From NCBI RefSeq assembly GCF_026571515.1, contig NW_026854566.1:186001-250000 (forward strand): a DNA stretch of 64,000 bases, in the 5' to 3' direction. A program made the position numbers and the translations under genes. The stretch is from Ruditapes philippinarum (taxonomy: Eukaryota). Of the stretch, positions 29,901 through 44,900 are shown piece by piece (positions within the stretch are counted from its first letter, which is position 1; every line of letters begins with the position of its first letter). Under the pieces are notes generated by a model. The model was not told where the DNA came from and did not search any database. It saw only the letters and a program-made list of their open reading frames with translations.

Positions 29901-32900
29901 TCTTGTATCAAAAGTAGAAAGTACATATATTTGATATTGTCCCGCTAAATAGAATTTGACAAACATAATCACCGTTAATATTTTGTTATGTGTAACTTAT
30001 CCAAAAAATTTTGGATTTTTTTCCAAATAAGTATCACCTAGTAATGAAAAGAAACTTATCCAAAAAAGGGAAACTTATCCAAAATAAGTGCAACATATCA
30101 AAAAGGGAAACTTATCCAAAAAAAAGGAAACTTATCCAAAAAGGGGAAACTTACCCAAAAAAGGGAAACTTACCCAAAAGAGTGCATGTACATTGCATGA
30201 ACTAGTTTCGTATAGCAATGTTTGAAATAAGGTTATTATTTCATCAATGAAAAATAGAACTGATTCAGAAATTCAGAAACGTCTTCATTCATTTTACTTA
30301 TAATTACGAAATACAAGAAAAATACACTTAAATTGTATATAATTTTCAAATAAATCCCTATCACCTTTTTATATGTAATCGTTTTATATGCATATTTGAT
30401 TTTTAACATAAAAACATGTGCGGACAAATATTCCCATAAAGTATAATTACTGTGCGGCGAGATAATATTACATTCCGCATGCTCATAGCCTCGAAGTCAG
30501 TTAATGGCACCTTACCAGCGATCCTGACTAACAATTGGAATACAATCTTTTTTATTTTCTTAGCGTGTCTCCTTACTTCATAACTGTCATGGGTCGAGGC
30601 CACATGCCCATATCAAAGTACGCAAGGCACGAAAACACAAAGACGAAAAGGGATTTATGAATAAACGTTCTGTTTACTTTGCATTTGATGTTACAATGTA
30701 TGTGACAATATATGTATGTGTATATATTAAAATCTAAAACATATGAATATGAATAAACGTTGTATATATATACACAACCTTTATATATATTCATATGTTT
30801 TAGGTTTGTTTTATATTTTGATTGATATTTACAGTTTTGTATAATGTTTAAGCGTGTTTATTCATTATAACATTTCACATGTCTGTTTAAACAGCAAACA
30901 GAAGAAAAACTATGATATCAAATGTGTGGATGATATATTTGTCATTCAACGAGATTTTTGAAAAAAATATACTATTCTTCAAAAACGATAACTTATCAGA
31001 AATTCAAATTTTAGGCAAGTATTTAATGATTTAATGAAACATTAGTCGTAACTGAATCTAGTGCACGTTATAATCAGAATTATGAAGCTCAAAACGAGAA
31101 AAGGGAAAATTGCGAAATACAACTGTAAGAGATATTTACAAATACATTAAATCTTAGTTTATTAGAGAAATAATATTCAGTTGCAAAGTAAAGCGGAATG
31201 CACTTAAGTCATTGTTAATGTTTTGTTCGGAATTTGACAGATCAATTCTTTATAAAGTAATAAAATATGCATAATCGACTTAATTCAGAGAAATATAACT
31301 GCGCAAGCGTATTTCGTCATTTTAATTCGATAAACATTTTTGAAAGATTTTTTTCCGTATTGCAAATGGGTGAAATATCTTAGAGACAGATAGGACAGTT
31401 TCTAAAGTGAATTTATTTCATTTATGTTTATTTGAATTAATGAGTCGGTTTAGTTGATAAGAGCAAAGAAAGAAATAGAAATGTACTTCGGCATGAACAT
31501 ATATTATTAGACATGATCTTGACTTGAACATAACAGTTATTACAGCAAAGACATAAAAAGAATGTAATTTGGCATGAACATATAATTCAACATGATCTTG
31601 TCTTAAACATAACAGTAATTATATAAATATGATATACATTAAATACAGCAGAAATAAAAATACAAATATACAAATGTAACAATCATTATTATCGATTATA
31701 TAAATTATTCATGTTTTCCTTTATGACACTAAATGATTTATTACAAAATATTGCTTCTTTATTCAAAGTGTTTTTACAACATGTATGAAAAGTTCAATGA
31801 GTTTTTACATGACAGACTGTATATCATCACCTGGTTAGGTTGTAATATATTTTCTAACAAATTAAAACAAAATTGTGTTCATCTTCTATACCATAAAGGT
31901 TGCCAAAACGTACATTTCTTTCAAATCGGACAATTCTCTGTCAGTCTCTGTATTTAAATAGTGCAAAGACAACCTTTCTTCAGCTTTTGATCTGCTTCAT
32001 TTAGAAAAATACATTTTAGTTGTTTGATATTTCAAATTTATAAGTCTTGGTCTAAATATTGGAATAAAGTTATGAAATATCATTAAATACTATTTCTTGG
32101 AGTAATAGGTTAACTTTGGAACCCAAATTATTTACATTTGTATTCGTTCATGTTTCATAATAAACATTATGCTTTTTAAGTGAAATTTACAAATCCTTGT
32201 CTTATTAACAATCAGTTTCACCATACAAAGCATCATTGCATAAAGACAAGAAAAAGATCATCTGAAAGTTCAGCAAATCTTAGTGTTATTGTTCTGAATA
32301 TTTGTCTGATAAAATTTATTTTATTGCATATTGATAATTTTATGTAATAAATTAAATGTAAAGTACATTAAGGTTTCTCATTTATGGACAGCAAATATGT
32401 CTCTGCATTTCCAGGCAGGCTTTCTCCGTTATGACATTTTATTTAATAAATAAGGTATAAAGAAAACCAATGTTTCTCAACGATGGAAAACAAATAAAAG
32501 TGTCTGTATTTCTGGGAAAACTATATATCTTTTGTTGGAATATGTACCATTTGAAATGATACTGATTCAGATATCAAAGAGAAATCTAACATAAGCCATT
32601 TATTTTCAGTTCATAAGATTCTGAAGTAAAAATGATTCTTTTCTGTTATAGTCTAGGAACCAAAATTGACATGTAAATTTATAACCGAGAAAGACAAATT
32701 TTATTGGAAGGAATTCGTAAATGAAAATGAATTAGATTGCGTGACAAAACATATACAGTTTGTATGGTTAAAATTACATAGAAATATACAGTAATATATT
32801 AAAAAATATTATTCGTGATACGAAAATCGAAAAATATAAGATATTTAGAGTCACGTTTTTATTGAAAGGTATGTTTTTTCTTGCCATAAACATATGAACG

Positions 32901-35900
32901 ATTTCTTACTCGATAAAAATATTTAACGATCAGACTCATAAAAGCTTGATATACCGTTATACACTTATGTTTCTTCTGTTCAAACGATTGTTTTAATTTT
33001 GACAAAGAATTTTTTTTTTCTAAAATATCTGTATACAAAAATGTCTGTATGTTTCCTTTAGAATCAATGCTAGGTACATATGCAAGAAATCAATTATTTA
33101 TAAATGGTCACAACCATTACTTAAATTAACAGCCTGTTATTTTGTTCCGGGACATTTTATTATGTATAATTAAAATATTCATGTACAGAGACATTTTATG
33201 TTACAATTCTTTCGAGCAACATTCATAATTGTACTGTTTATACTAGTAATTATTGTTTTAAATATTTCATTACATATAGCTTTATAACCTTTAAAAATGT
33301 TGTGCTGTCGTCAACAAGACAAGAAAAAATGTGTATGAATTTATCTATCTATTTATAGTTTCAAGTTATGCTTTATTAGATGAAGATATATAGGAGTTAG
33401 AACTATCTATATATATAGTTTTAGGCTTTAGTGTATGGTTGACTTCTTTAATGCAGCTATAACATTATTTCTATGAGTTTTAGTTACTACTTTTTTATTT
33501 CAGTTATCGAATCATCGGATAATGCCAAAATAGCATTATGCCTTTGGGATCAAGCATCAAAAGAGTGTTTTGTCTATCTTTTGTTTATTTTGTCCTATTT
33601 TTTTACAAATCAAAAGATGACATTTTTCTACTAGCAAATGAAAACTTTCAGTAGCCACTTTCTATATTACTTCAATCACTTTGATGTCTTCTCTCAACAG
33701 ATTCTCGGTTCTTGTACCATTGACCTTCCGGTGATCATATTGAAATACTTGACCTTCTAACTCGGATTAATACTTTTCATATTAACTTGCAATTTTGTTG
33801 TTGTTGTTTTCAGACAATGGCTGCGAACGTGTTTGGGATAGTCTCTTGTGTTGGCCACCTACTGAAAATGGAACTGTGGCATCCATGCCTTGTCCAAACT
33901 ATGTAAATGGGTTTAAAATAAGTGGTAAGTATCAATATATGCTTTGTTTATACATTGTATATTACTTCTGTTATTTTCACTATAGAGGATAATGTACATT
34001 AACCTCATTCAAGTAATTAAGCAATTTTAATTATGACCGCATTGTTTGTATACTGTTCTCGTATTATTATATACATGTTTCTCTTTGTTAAGCTTTTGCA
34101 AGGTACATACATGTAGTGCTACAGAATATCCCTTTTCCGCAATTCGATGGGGTAATTTTTTATACAAATGTAATCAATAAATCAAATCCAATATATTTAA
34201 GCTGAACTTAAGTTCTGCATGGCATTTCAGGTACTATTCAAGGTATTTTAGCGTTTAAAGAGCACGTCCTACGTATTTTTTCCTCGATAACTTCAATGTA
34301 TCCTTAAAACCAATTGTTGCCCTTGACAATAATATTTAGGAAGAAAAATTGTACCGTTAACATTACAAAATTGTAATTAGATTTAGTGGGCACGACTGAG
34401 GCTTAATGTTCCTTCAAACATCTAGTATAAATAAGGGTATGAATAGTCAATCATTAGAAAAATAGATACATTTGTACATTGAACTGATATCAAATTGTAA
34501 ATTTACTTCTCTTTGAAAAGTCCAACATTTAAAAGTATATTAAAAGCAAATATATGCTTTATTGAAAATAAGGTGATATCAATAATTTTAAATTTATTTA
34601 GAAAATAGCTTTTTTTTCTTAAGATTGCGATGAATCATATACATCGGCTGCCGTGCGGCATAAACAGAGTGTAAGATACTCAGTATTCTAGGACTTCACA
34701 GCTCTAAAATTTTGTAGGTCTTTCTAGGTCTTTGTAGGTTATTTCCTTGTCAGTCATGTGTATTTCTATGTTGTCCTCGACCGCTTTTGAGGCTATTTGA
34801 AGTAAATATATAAAATCTACTACAAAAGACAACATAAATTATATATGCATTTCTACAGGGCTGGCAACAAGAACATGTGACAGCACGGGTGAATGGTGGG
34901 TCAATCCGTTAACGAACGGCACCTGGACGAACTTTACTCTTTGCGCAGATAGAAATTCTGACAACCTGTACGATGTTCCGAAGATTATTGCGGTATGATG
35001 TAATTAATGATGTGTGGTAGAAATTGCCTTTTTGAAGCAAAATGAATTTAATCTTGAGCATAACTTTAACACAGACATATTTTAACAATAATTTTCACTT
35101 ATTCTTACTAAATATAAAACTGTTTAGAACTATCAAAAATCTCATTAGTGTTTCTAAAAAGTAAATAAAAATCAACCGTAGTTTTGCTTTTTCGCTTGTT
35201 CTTTCGTTTGTTCGTTCGTTTATGTGTGATTTTTAGTGTTCTAAATTACAACCATGAAATACAATTATTATTTAAGTAATAGTGAGACAAAACTCTAACA
35301 ATTTAAGCTGCTAAAAAGAGACTAAGCCGTTGTTCTACACGCAGTTTATCAAAGAAAGAAAGAATAAATGATTAGATAAACATGACAAATAATGAGGCTT
35401 AATTTTCATATCTAGGCATTCTTATTTTGGCGAAGAGTAGGCCACATACTTTAAGTTAAACATTCGCCTCTTAAGCAATCTTTAAACCTATTACTCCATT
35501 ATGTTGCTCTACATTAATTAAATTTTCTAAATGCATTGCAATAATAAAATGCATTTAAATAAGACTTACGGTCATCAATGTTTGTAATATTTAACATCAT
35601 CCACATATATTTGTTAAAGTAATATGCCATTTCATAGTATTTGTAGATAGTGCCCATTATTAAGACATTTCAACAGCTTAACTAATTGGCATTTTAGCAT
35701 TAATTTTGACATGTTATCTGCTTTAAGAGGCTTACAATTGCAATACTAAATAAATGCTACAAATTACGAATATCTGCGGACTAATGGCGGAGGTTTAGCA
35801 TATGACAAATCTAAGATAGAAATGGACAATATATATTAGTCTAAGCACGCACATTTCTAATTTGATCTCAGATTTATCATGTAACGCGGGGTAATTTCCT

Positions 35901-38900
35901 TTAAGCGGATACAAAGGACATATTTGGTTTATACAGAATTTATTTTAGTTCGATTGTGCAGGAAGCTATAAGCTTATAAACGCACTTTCGAATCCGTTCC
36001 TGGAACCAACCAGTACTGAGCAATGAGTGTAAAGTTTCTTGCTCAAGGAAACAACGACTTGCCCCTGTCAGGGTTTGAACCCATGCGGCTAGCGATCATT
36101 AGATTACTAGTCCGAAGCGTTAACCACTCGGCCATGCCGCCACAAAGGAAATATTTGTGCTCGTTATATTTATAAAATAATTGACTGGTGTTTTTATTCA
36201 GTAGTTTCCGTTAAATTACGGATTTCCGCTTGCTCCTCGGTGGTGTTCGAGATTGTCCGATATTTATTTTATTTTTTGTTTCAGTATGAATGTTTTTTGT
36301 TTTAAAATAGAAGACAAACGAAATGGTATGGTATCCATAAATCGATCTAGTTGGAGAGATGATTTTGTGGGAGATTGATTACATTAAAAGCAATCTATAT
36401 GACATATGAGAAGTGTATGAGGTTAAAAATATTTCCGTTCTAGATCGGTTGTTCTCGTGTATTTTCGTAATTTAAAGAAACGTGATATAGTACATTTATT
36501 TGACATACAATTAAGTGTGCGACAATTATGTCAAGACGAAACAATCAATAATAAGGACAGTTATGTTACTATATACCTCTAAATTAAATGCTTCAATATG
36601 AAATGCCTTCTATTCATCATCATCATTAAAAGAAACAGCATCATCAACAACAGCATCGCCATCTTCATCATCATCATCATCATCATCATATTCATCATTT
36701 AATTCATTTTGACACACACATTATTATGTAAACAGATTGGATTAAGTTTGTAATTTTCTACTTTAGATGTTAGCATCAGATATATAACAATATCTCTTTT
36801 TTGTCGTCACTATTTCCGAGAGATCTTTCTTTTTTAACTACTATGAGTGGTAAGTGCTGCGGCAGCACTTTTATTCGGAGAAAAGAATGTATACTGATTG
36901 AGACGGTGCTAGGGGTTGGTGTGAGAGATGTAGCTATTGGCATTGCGTTTCTTGAACTGTGTCTACAAAAGTGCATTCAGTTTTTATTGTTCTCGATGGG
37001 TCTACTACCTTATCAAAATATTTTAACATAATGATTGTTACACATTCTAATATATCACATTTATCATTCATAGTTTACTAAAGACATTTTGAACTTACAT
37101 TATGGTGGATATAAACAGATTTTGACATCATGATGAATGTATATATGACGTATTTCAGGCACATATGGGTCGTATTCAACTAATGTACAACATTGGATAC
37201 GGGATCTCACTTGTCTCCCTTCTTCTGGCAGTCGCAATCATGATCTACTTCAAGTAAGATACAAAATATTTATTCTTTTATAAATTTACATTTGTTTGTG
37301 TTTATAGAGATGAGGGTTATGTTTAAATATTGAATTCTGTTTAAACAGATGCTAAGGACAGTAGCTTGCAAAATTGCAGTTACCACTTCTGTCCAGAAAA
37401 AGGCTAAATCAAACTTAGACTGCAGAAATTTTAATTTTGCTGTTTTATGCGTTTTTAGGATAATCCGCTTTTGCCTATCTTATCTAAAAGATTTTTTATT
37501 CATTTCCTTTTTTTCCAATGTCTGTTTGCGTATATTATTCTGCATAGAAACTCGTGTGCCTTGATGTGAAGAGATTTCCAACTGCTTACGGAGTGTTGAT
37601 GATTTTTTAAGTGTCTGCCTGTGCCTGTTAATTGACATTTGAAATCTTCTACGACCACGAAAGTGTCGCCAGCTGGTGTTTATTTTACTTAAACCTAACT
37701 CTGTTGATGTCAACTAACTCTACCGATGCGACAAGTGCAGGCCAAGATCAGTCGGCATATCTGTGCTTTCTGGGTATTGCTTGCATTGTTTGCTATTCAG
37801 TCAGAATTTATCTGAAAATTTCCTTACAAATGGTGAATTGTTTTGTCCAGACTGAAAGATTAACATTTCCATTTAATATATTTAATATGGTAAGGGTAAA
37901 ATATGAAAAACAATGAAGGGAGGCATTCAATAAACGCATCCCAAAACGAAAGACCACCGACAACGAGCCCAGCACAACATGGGATTCCGAACACATAACG
38001 TAGTATAAGAATGTTTAGAATAACAACAATGCGAAACTGAACAACACATAGTCCTGAGAATTTTTGCCCAATACTTCACTTGTATTTTTATTTATTTCTT
38101 GTCCTTCGTGGTCATTGATTATAGCATATTTAGTGGAATTAAGCTTGCTTACGGAACGTGGGTGGTCTTCTTATCATGTGCTCGTTCTTACCTGAAATAA
38201 TGCACGGAGTTAATTTCCTCCACTAGTAAAATTGGTAAGTCTATTGTATTGGTGCGTCGTGACACCAAACCAGAATATGTGAAGTCTGTTAGCCGAAATC
38301 TAATAAAACAGTACCTTTAGTTTTAATTGTTGAAATACAAGTGATTTCATCTGGGACGGAGAAACCTCTGTATAAATTCATAACAATAGTTACTTATTCC
38401 ATAGGAAGTTGCATGTGAAGAAGAGAAATATAACGTACTAAATCGATCTCAGTAGTTTGCCTATTTTATGTTACATTAGTTCTTTTAAATCCCAACTTTC
38501 TATTTCATTTTCAGTACAAATTATTGAAATACCGTTTTCTATTATGCTTAACTTTGTTGCAAAATCACTTGTCCGGGCATCAGGTGCTTTAAAACATTCA
38601 ATTAGCTATCTTCTCATGTAAAGGAAATGTAAATTATAAAACTTATTTTAAAAAATCCATCAGAAAATATCCCTTTATGTGTGTTAATCCAAATTTTATA
38701 ATATCTGACATTGATACAAAAAAATGATATATCTGTTTTCTACGAAAGAACCTACAAAATATAGAATATAATGTCTCAAAAGTACTTGATTTTACACCCA
38801 TAAAAGGATATTTTTTCAGATTAATTTATTTTATAAAATAAGTGTCCTTTTGTACGCAGAAATTGATGTAAATTGTGAAAAGTGTCGTCAAGGTATCCAA

Positions 38901-41900
38901 ATAAATGTATAGAGATTATTATTTTTTAGTTTGGAATATCAAATCACTTTATTATAGCTGTAGATAAAATGTCTGTTTGTTATATAACACAAGTGCTCAG
39001 CTCATCTCTTTGTAATGAAACATAAGACAAAAGTAATACTATAATAATTATTTGTAAATGTTATTATATAAATGTACATTTCTTGCTGGATTTGCTTTTC
39101 AACAAACACAAAAGTTTCTTTCCAAAAATACAGTATGTACATGCGTAAATGGTAGTATATTTTATTGGTTATAAAGACTTTTGATATGATATATCATTGC
39201 CTATCGGCTCGGGTTATATATACAAGCAACTGTTAATAATCACATAACCTCTCAGGAATCTTTACAACGAATTTATAATACAGCAAACTCCCGTTTCGGA
39301 GACAGAAGTGGGCTTTCTTTGTAAATTGACAGCAGCAGTATATATAAAACTATATAAACCTCATGATTGTCAAATGAAAAGCGACGTTACAAAATTGCAG
39401 TTATTGTCTTATAAACTAAAATGGTCAAAAATATTAACTGCTGTAAATATATACCATAAAATTACATGTTTCAAAGAATCAAAGTTTGATACTTCAATAT
39501 GCTTTTTAACAATTTCAGACGTCTTCATTGTCCCAGAAACACCATTCACATCAATTTGTTCGTCTCGTTCATCTTCCGTGCTATCATTTCATTCGTCAAA
39601 GAGAACGCTCTTGTCAATCAAGTCGGCTTTAGTTTTGATGTAGAAGTCGCAACAAATGGCAATGTACGTTTCTTGGAAGACAGTTCGGTACGTATTGTCC
39701 ACAGTTGATTTAACGTCGTAGAAATATTGTGTTGTCTGCATTGGTATTTTCTAGATTAAAACCTCATTTTATACTGGTTTTATATTGCTACATTAATTTT
39801 TAAAGGGTTTTCGTGACTTGTACTAAAACGACATTATCAATACATGTACAATAAACACGTAAAAGAGACAAAATCATAAGATAACATCCCACGGGAAATT
39901 AATTACTTCGAAAAAGGTTAGATAATTTCAGAAAATCAAAGAAATATACGTAATTAATGCTTGACTGTTAGAAATTTCTATAGATCTATCTTATTTCCTT
40001 AAATGTCCACTTACCGTCTGCTCTTGTCATCTGCTGCTAATTACATTGCTTTTAAGTTTCACCGGAACAACATCGGACAGATCGTATTAGGGATTACGTA
40101 ATGACCTCAATTAGTCAGATGTTTTAAACGAGACTGGGGATTACTGTTTCTGTTTTTTCTGTTCTATGTCATAGACAACCATAAAAGCAATTTGGCTTCA
40201 TTTTCATTTGAATATATGAATGTATCTTTGCAAATTTGTTTTCCCTGTGTGTTACATAATGGTTTACTTAAAAGGTTATTTAATCATGAATGTGTATGTA
40301 TAACAACAATATCTTATGGCTTGGGCGGATGACATCACTGAATACGTCATTGAAGGATATGATGGTCTATTCAGACATGATGTATCAGTTGCGTTTAGGA
40401 AAACCCAGCGAAGCAGAGTTACTATAAAATTCAATATCTGATATTTATTCGGAAAACATTGAGAAAGAAAGATGTTCCTCACAGCTTTTGTTTACATTTA
40501 CACTAATTTCGAAATATGTGACGCGGAAAGTGACGGAACTGAACAAAAAATTCCAAATTACCCTGTAATATTAATAACTCAGATTATAACTGCCTGGCGC
40601 AAACATTATCTTTATGGGGTCAAAGTCAGACTATTTCATTATTTCAGGAAAACATGTAAAATAAAATAGGATCCAAAACTCGAATACTTTGCTTGAAATT
40701 CGGTAAATTTAGGTTATGAGATTCATGGTTCCTGTCAAAATAATCAGGTCAATGAATTAAAAAAAAACAGACAAAAATAAAAGAATTTCAGCTGCCTCGC
40801 TTACGTCTTAGCAAAAGGGAAGACAATCTTTAAGCGGATTTCCGGCAGGCCATTAACCCTACCAACGACCATAAACATCTCTCACATGTTATTGCGCACT
40901 GCAATAAAAACACAAAAGTTGGTTTTTATTTCGATTGAAATTGTCGGCCAATGTTTTAGAAAGAAATTCAGAAACAGGTTAAGGACAAGCAAAAAAAATA
41001 TTTTAGACTTGTAACTATAAAACCTTTCTGAAATAATGAGTCAACGGCCTCTGTATAAATTCGACGTCAATAAAAGAAGCATGTTTCAAATTTCAAAAGG
41101 TGTTGAAATGGCAAAACAATTTTTAAAGAAAAATATACGTTTTGGTAAAACGTCATGTATTTATTCTCTCTTTTCTAATATAGGACATGTTTGCTCAGCC
41201 TGATAAAGGCATATTGTTATGTTTTTAGTTAATGAATATGTCAGGCTAAAAATAGCAAAAAAGTGAGCGTTATTGTAAATTAGGAGTAAACATATGGTAA
41301 ATTGCGAGTGAAAGCTATCAGTAACCAAGGTTAAAGTTATTGTAAATTGCGGATTAATGTTATTGTAAATTGCGAGTCAATATAATTGTAAATTGCGAAC
41401 ATTATTGTAAGTTGCGAGTACATGTAAACATTATTGTAAATTGAGAATAATATTAATATTACATTGTATTTGATTAAAGCCATAATTATATTTATTATTT
41501 CGTTTCTTTTTTATTCAGCACTGGCAATGCAAAACGTTCTTTTCGATGTTTAATTACATTCTTGGTGCCAACTACATGTGGATCTTTACAGAAGGGATAT
41601 ATCTACACATGCTGATTACAGTTGCAATGTTCTCGGAAAAATCTGGAATTAAAAAGCTCGTCTTGTTTGGATGGGGTAAGTGTGACATCGTGGCCTTGAT
41701 TTTTTTGCTTCTTGTGATGATCTTCGTGAAACTCAAATCAATCATCCAAGGTTATTGCCCCATGTCCCGACGTTTCAAGTGGTGAACGCATGCACAGATC
41801 CTATCAATTCTTTTCTATTTTTATATCAATAGTTTCATGTTTGAGTATGAAGTATTTGCATGTCAATGTTGGACACAATTGTAAACGTCGTCTCTAAGGA

Positions 41901-44900
41901 AGTATTTTCAAACAAGAGGTTTAAAAATGATATTAAAAATGACCCCCAACGTACCGTAAGACATTATGTTTTTTCGTTTTTCTGCAGTGTCATTCCTATA
42001 TCTGTTTAATCTATTATACTTCAAAGCAGTGTTATTGATTATATCTGATCTATTTAAAAATTAACAATGCATTGGGTTTCTCTTCGTACTTTAGTCAGAG
42101 TTTCGATAAAAAGTGTTGTCTGAAAGCCAGTCTGGTTTTTTGTTCAAATTTGATTGGACGATTCAAATAACAATTTCAAATTGACCAATCAAAAAGCGTC
42201 GAGCATGCAGACTGGGGTTTTTATGCTTCATAATCTCTTTTTTTTTCAGGCACGCCGATTTTGTTTGTAATACCATGGGTTATAGTACGTGCAACTTTAG
42301 AAGACGTGTTGTAAGTTTTTTTTAATATTGATTTTCAGATCGACTTATTTTTACTATAGATTTTTAACTATCTGCAAATAGTGTCAGTCCTTCACTCCAC
42401 GTCGGGTTGTTTACATTGCAATGTAATTCAATACATCTTGTTTGCTTTTATTGTAACGTTTGCTTAATATAGCAAATATATTTACTGAATGTAGTAATTT
42501 CTTCTGGGAAAAAGAGAAGCATACATTTAAGATATTGTTTATTTGATGTGATATTGTTTAAACACTATTTTCCTACTATTTTCACATGCTTACATAACAA
42601 ACAACCATAATAATGATTTACTCTGAGTGGTGTCCAAAGTCATAAATTAGGTACAAATTATTATTGCAGAGAAAAAATAAAGGAGTCGATTATAGACTTG
42701 CTAGGAAAGGTTCTAATGTCATGATTTGTTACAAACGCGCACGAATCTTTTGTTTAGTCAGAATATAATCTACTATTGTTTGATAAAAACGGCAATGTAG
42801 CGTGACACAGTCACATAGTCACTGTGCGGGAGGGGGGGGGAGAAGCAGGGGACCTTAATTTAAACTATTTTCTTAGTTCTATGTGGCAAATACACAATTC
42901 CAAATATTTCAAAATCTTTTACACATGAAGTGAACTAGTTGCTGAGCATTATTCTAGAATACATTTCCTACACATAAACAAGAAAGAATTACAATGAAAG
43001 AGATATGAAAATTGTTTAGCCAGAATCTTCGTCACATCAATACATTTTGCCGGGGCTAGTGTTCGAATATGTCCCCTTGCATTGATTTTAAATGTGTATA
43101 ATCATCATTTTTACGACACGACTTTGGCTTGAATATTCGTTATGTTCAATGGCGCCTAGTACAAGATATACAGTTACTGTCAAGGTGTTAAACACGCAGA
43201 CACATTACATTATTGGCCGCCGTACAGTGTCACCTACTTTTGGCTCATAATTCATATCTTTGGCTAATACTCCGTGGAAATTGCATGGAGATAAATTATC
43301 ACCACTTTGTGCCTCAAAATTATCCCTTATGTTACTATTAAAAGGTCAGCACATTTAGGAAATCTTTTGACAGAAAAAAAACCTTACTGATTTAATGTTT
43401 GAAATTAATTAATACTATTTGGGAAAAAAGTCTAACCCTCCATTTCCTTTTCTAACATTTTAAAGCGCAGCTGGTACGGCCTTTGAATAATTAATTTTAA
43501 GCAAATTTGAAATAATTAATTTTATTATATAAGCGAATCTGTGTTGTTATTTGTCTTGATATAAGTCATTCATTACAACTGAAACACACACTTCAGATGC
43601 ACAAATATCACAATCTTCTTGACATAACCGAACTGAAAATAAGATAAGTATAATTTTAATGTGTCTTTTTTAACATTTACAGATGTTGGAATACGCATCC
43701 TACACATGGGTACTTCTGGATGATCCGAGGTCCAATGGTTGTGGCCATGGTTGTAAGTACTCGAACACCCGTCGATTTATCAATTCAAGTAATACTTTAT
43801 CCATATACTCTGCACATGAAAAGCCTTATAAGTAATTTTAATATTCTAACGAGTAATGGCGGCGTGACGAAGTGGTTAACGCATCGGACTAGTAATCTAA
43901 GGCTGGCCACGTGGGTTCAAACCCTGTCAGCCGTTGTTTCCGTGAGCAAGAAACTTCACAGTGGTTGGTTCCAAGGACGGATTCGAGAATGTTTCAATAA
44001 TCTCACACTCGAACTAAAATCAATTCGCATAAACTAAATGAGTATTTGCGTTTGTCAAATTAGTAATGTGTTTGTCCAAAAGAATACCAGCATATCTTAC
44101 ATTTGACTATTTATAACGTCATATTTCCTGTTATGTATGTGATAAAGTTATTCGTCTCCAAAATAAAAAAGACATGATACTAAAGTAATTGATTTGGAAA
44201 TCAAAGCTGAAGTTAAAGCACTAAACCGAGTTATAAGTCTGAAGGGATTATAACAAGTTGGTCAAGAAGGGAATTTTCTCTATATTAAACAAACTCTTTT
44301 GACACAATGTATCGTCATGTCACTCAAAATTGTTAAAATGTATATTTCTTTAATTTCATCATTTTTTCCGTAAATTTTTTAACATTAACACTAAAATTGT
44401 CATAATATAATGCGCTTCTAATATAATTTTGTAAAACTTCGGCAAATTTCGTAACTTTCCGTATCATACACACTAACACATTTAAGGTCATGTGGCGCCG
44501 AAACAGGGAAGATGATTTTGGCTTACCTTAGGTGTTACAAATTTAAAGCAACACCAAGGGCAAATCCTGTGTTAGAGATGTTAAATATTCTTAACAAATA
44601 TTTATGTTTTAAATGAATATAAGTAGCGAAAATTAAATTCAGACGGAAATTAACGTCGATTGCCGAATTCAGATGAATACTAACTGTCAGACTAAAAGTA
44701 AAGAAAATTGCCGACTTTATAGAGCTTTTGGTGTATGATATACGTTTTTTAATCTTAAACATTCTTCATATTTTTCAGGTCAACTTTTTCATATTTCTCA
44801 ACATTATAAGAGTTTTATTCACCAAGCTGAACGCATTTAAAACCCCGGATGTTAAAAGGTACCGGTATAGGTATGTAGTTGAATGCAATTCTAACATTTA

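Noticed and set aside
30047-30179. Short repeat arrays (also 41270-41446 and 45970-46024) as CRISPR-like loci
   Set aside because: Head-to-tail units without unique spacers, in eukaryotic introns, with no cas genes.
849-33000. Numerous 60-120 aa ORFs in the first half of the window
   Set aside because: Low-complexity I/L/F/K/Y-rich translations typical of AT-rich intronic DNA, with no motifs or splice support.
38405-38440. ag|g aag ttg cat gtg aag aag aga aat (KLHVKKRN), resembling the RLHCPRN exon start
   Set aside because: It stops after a few codons with no TM2 similarity; probably chance.
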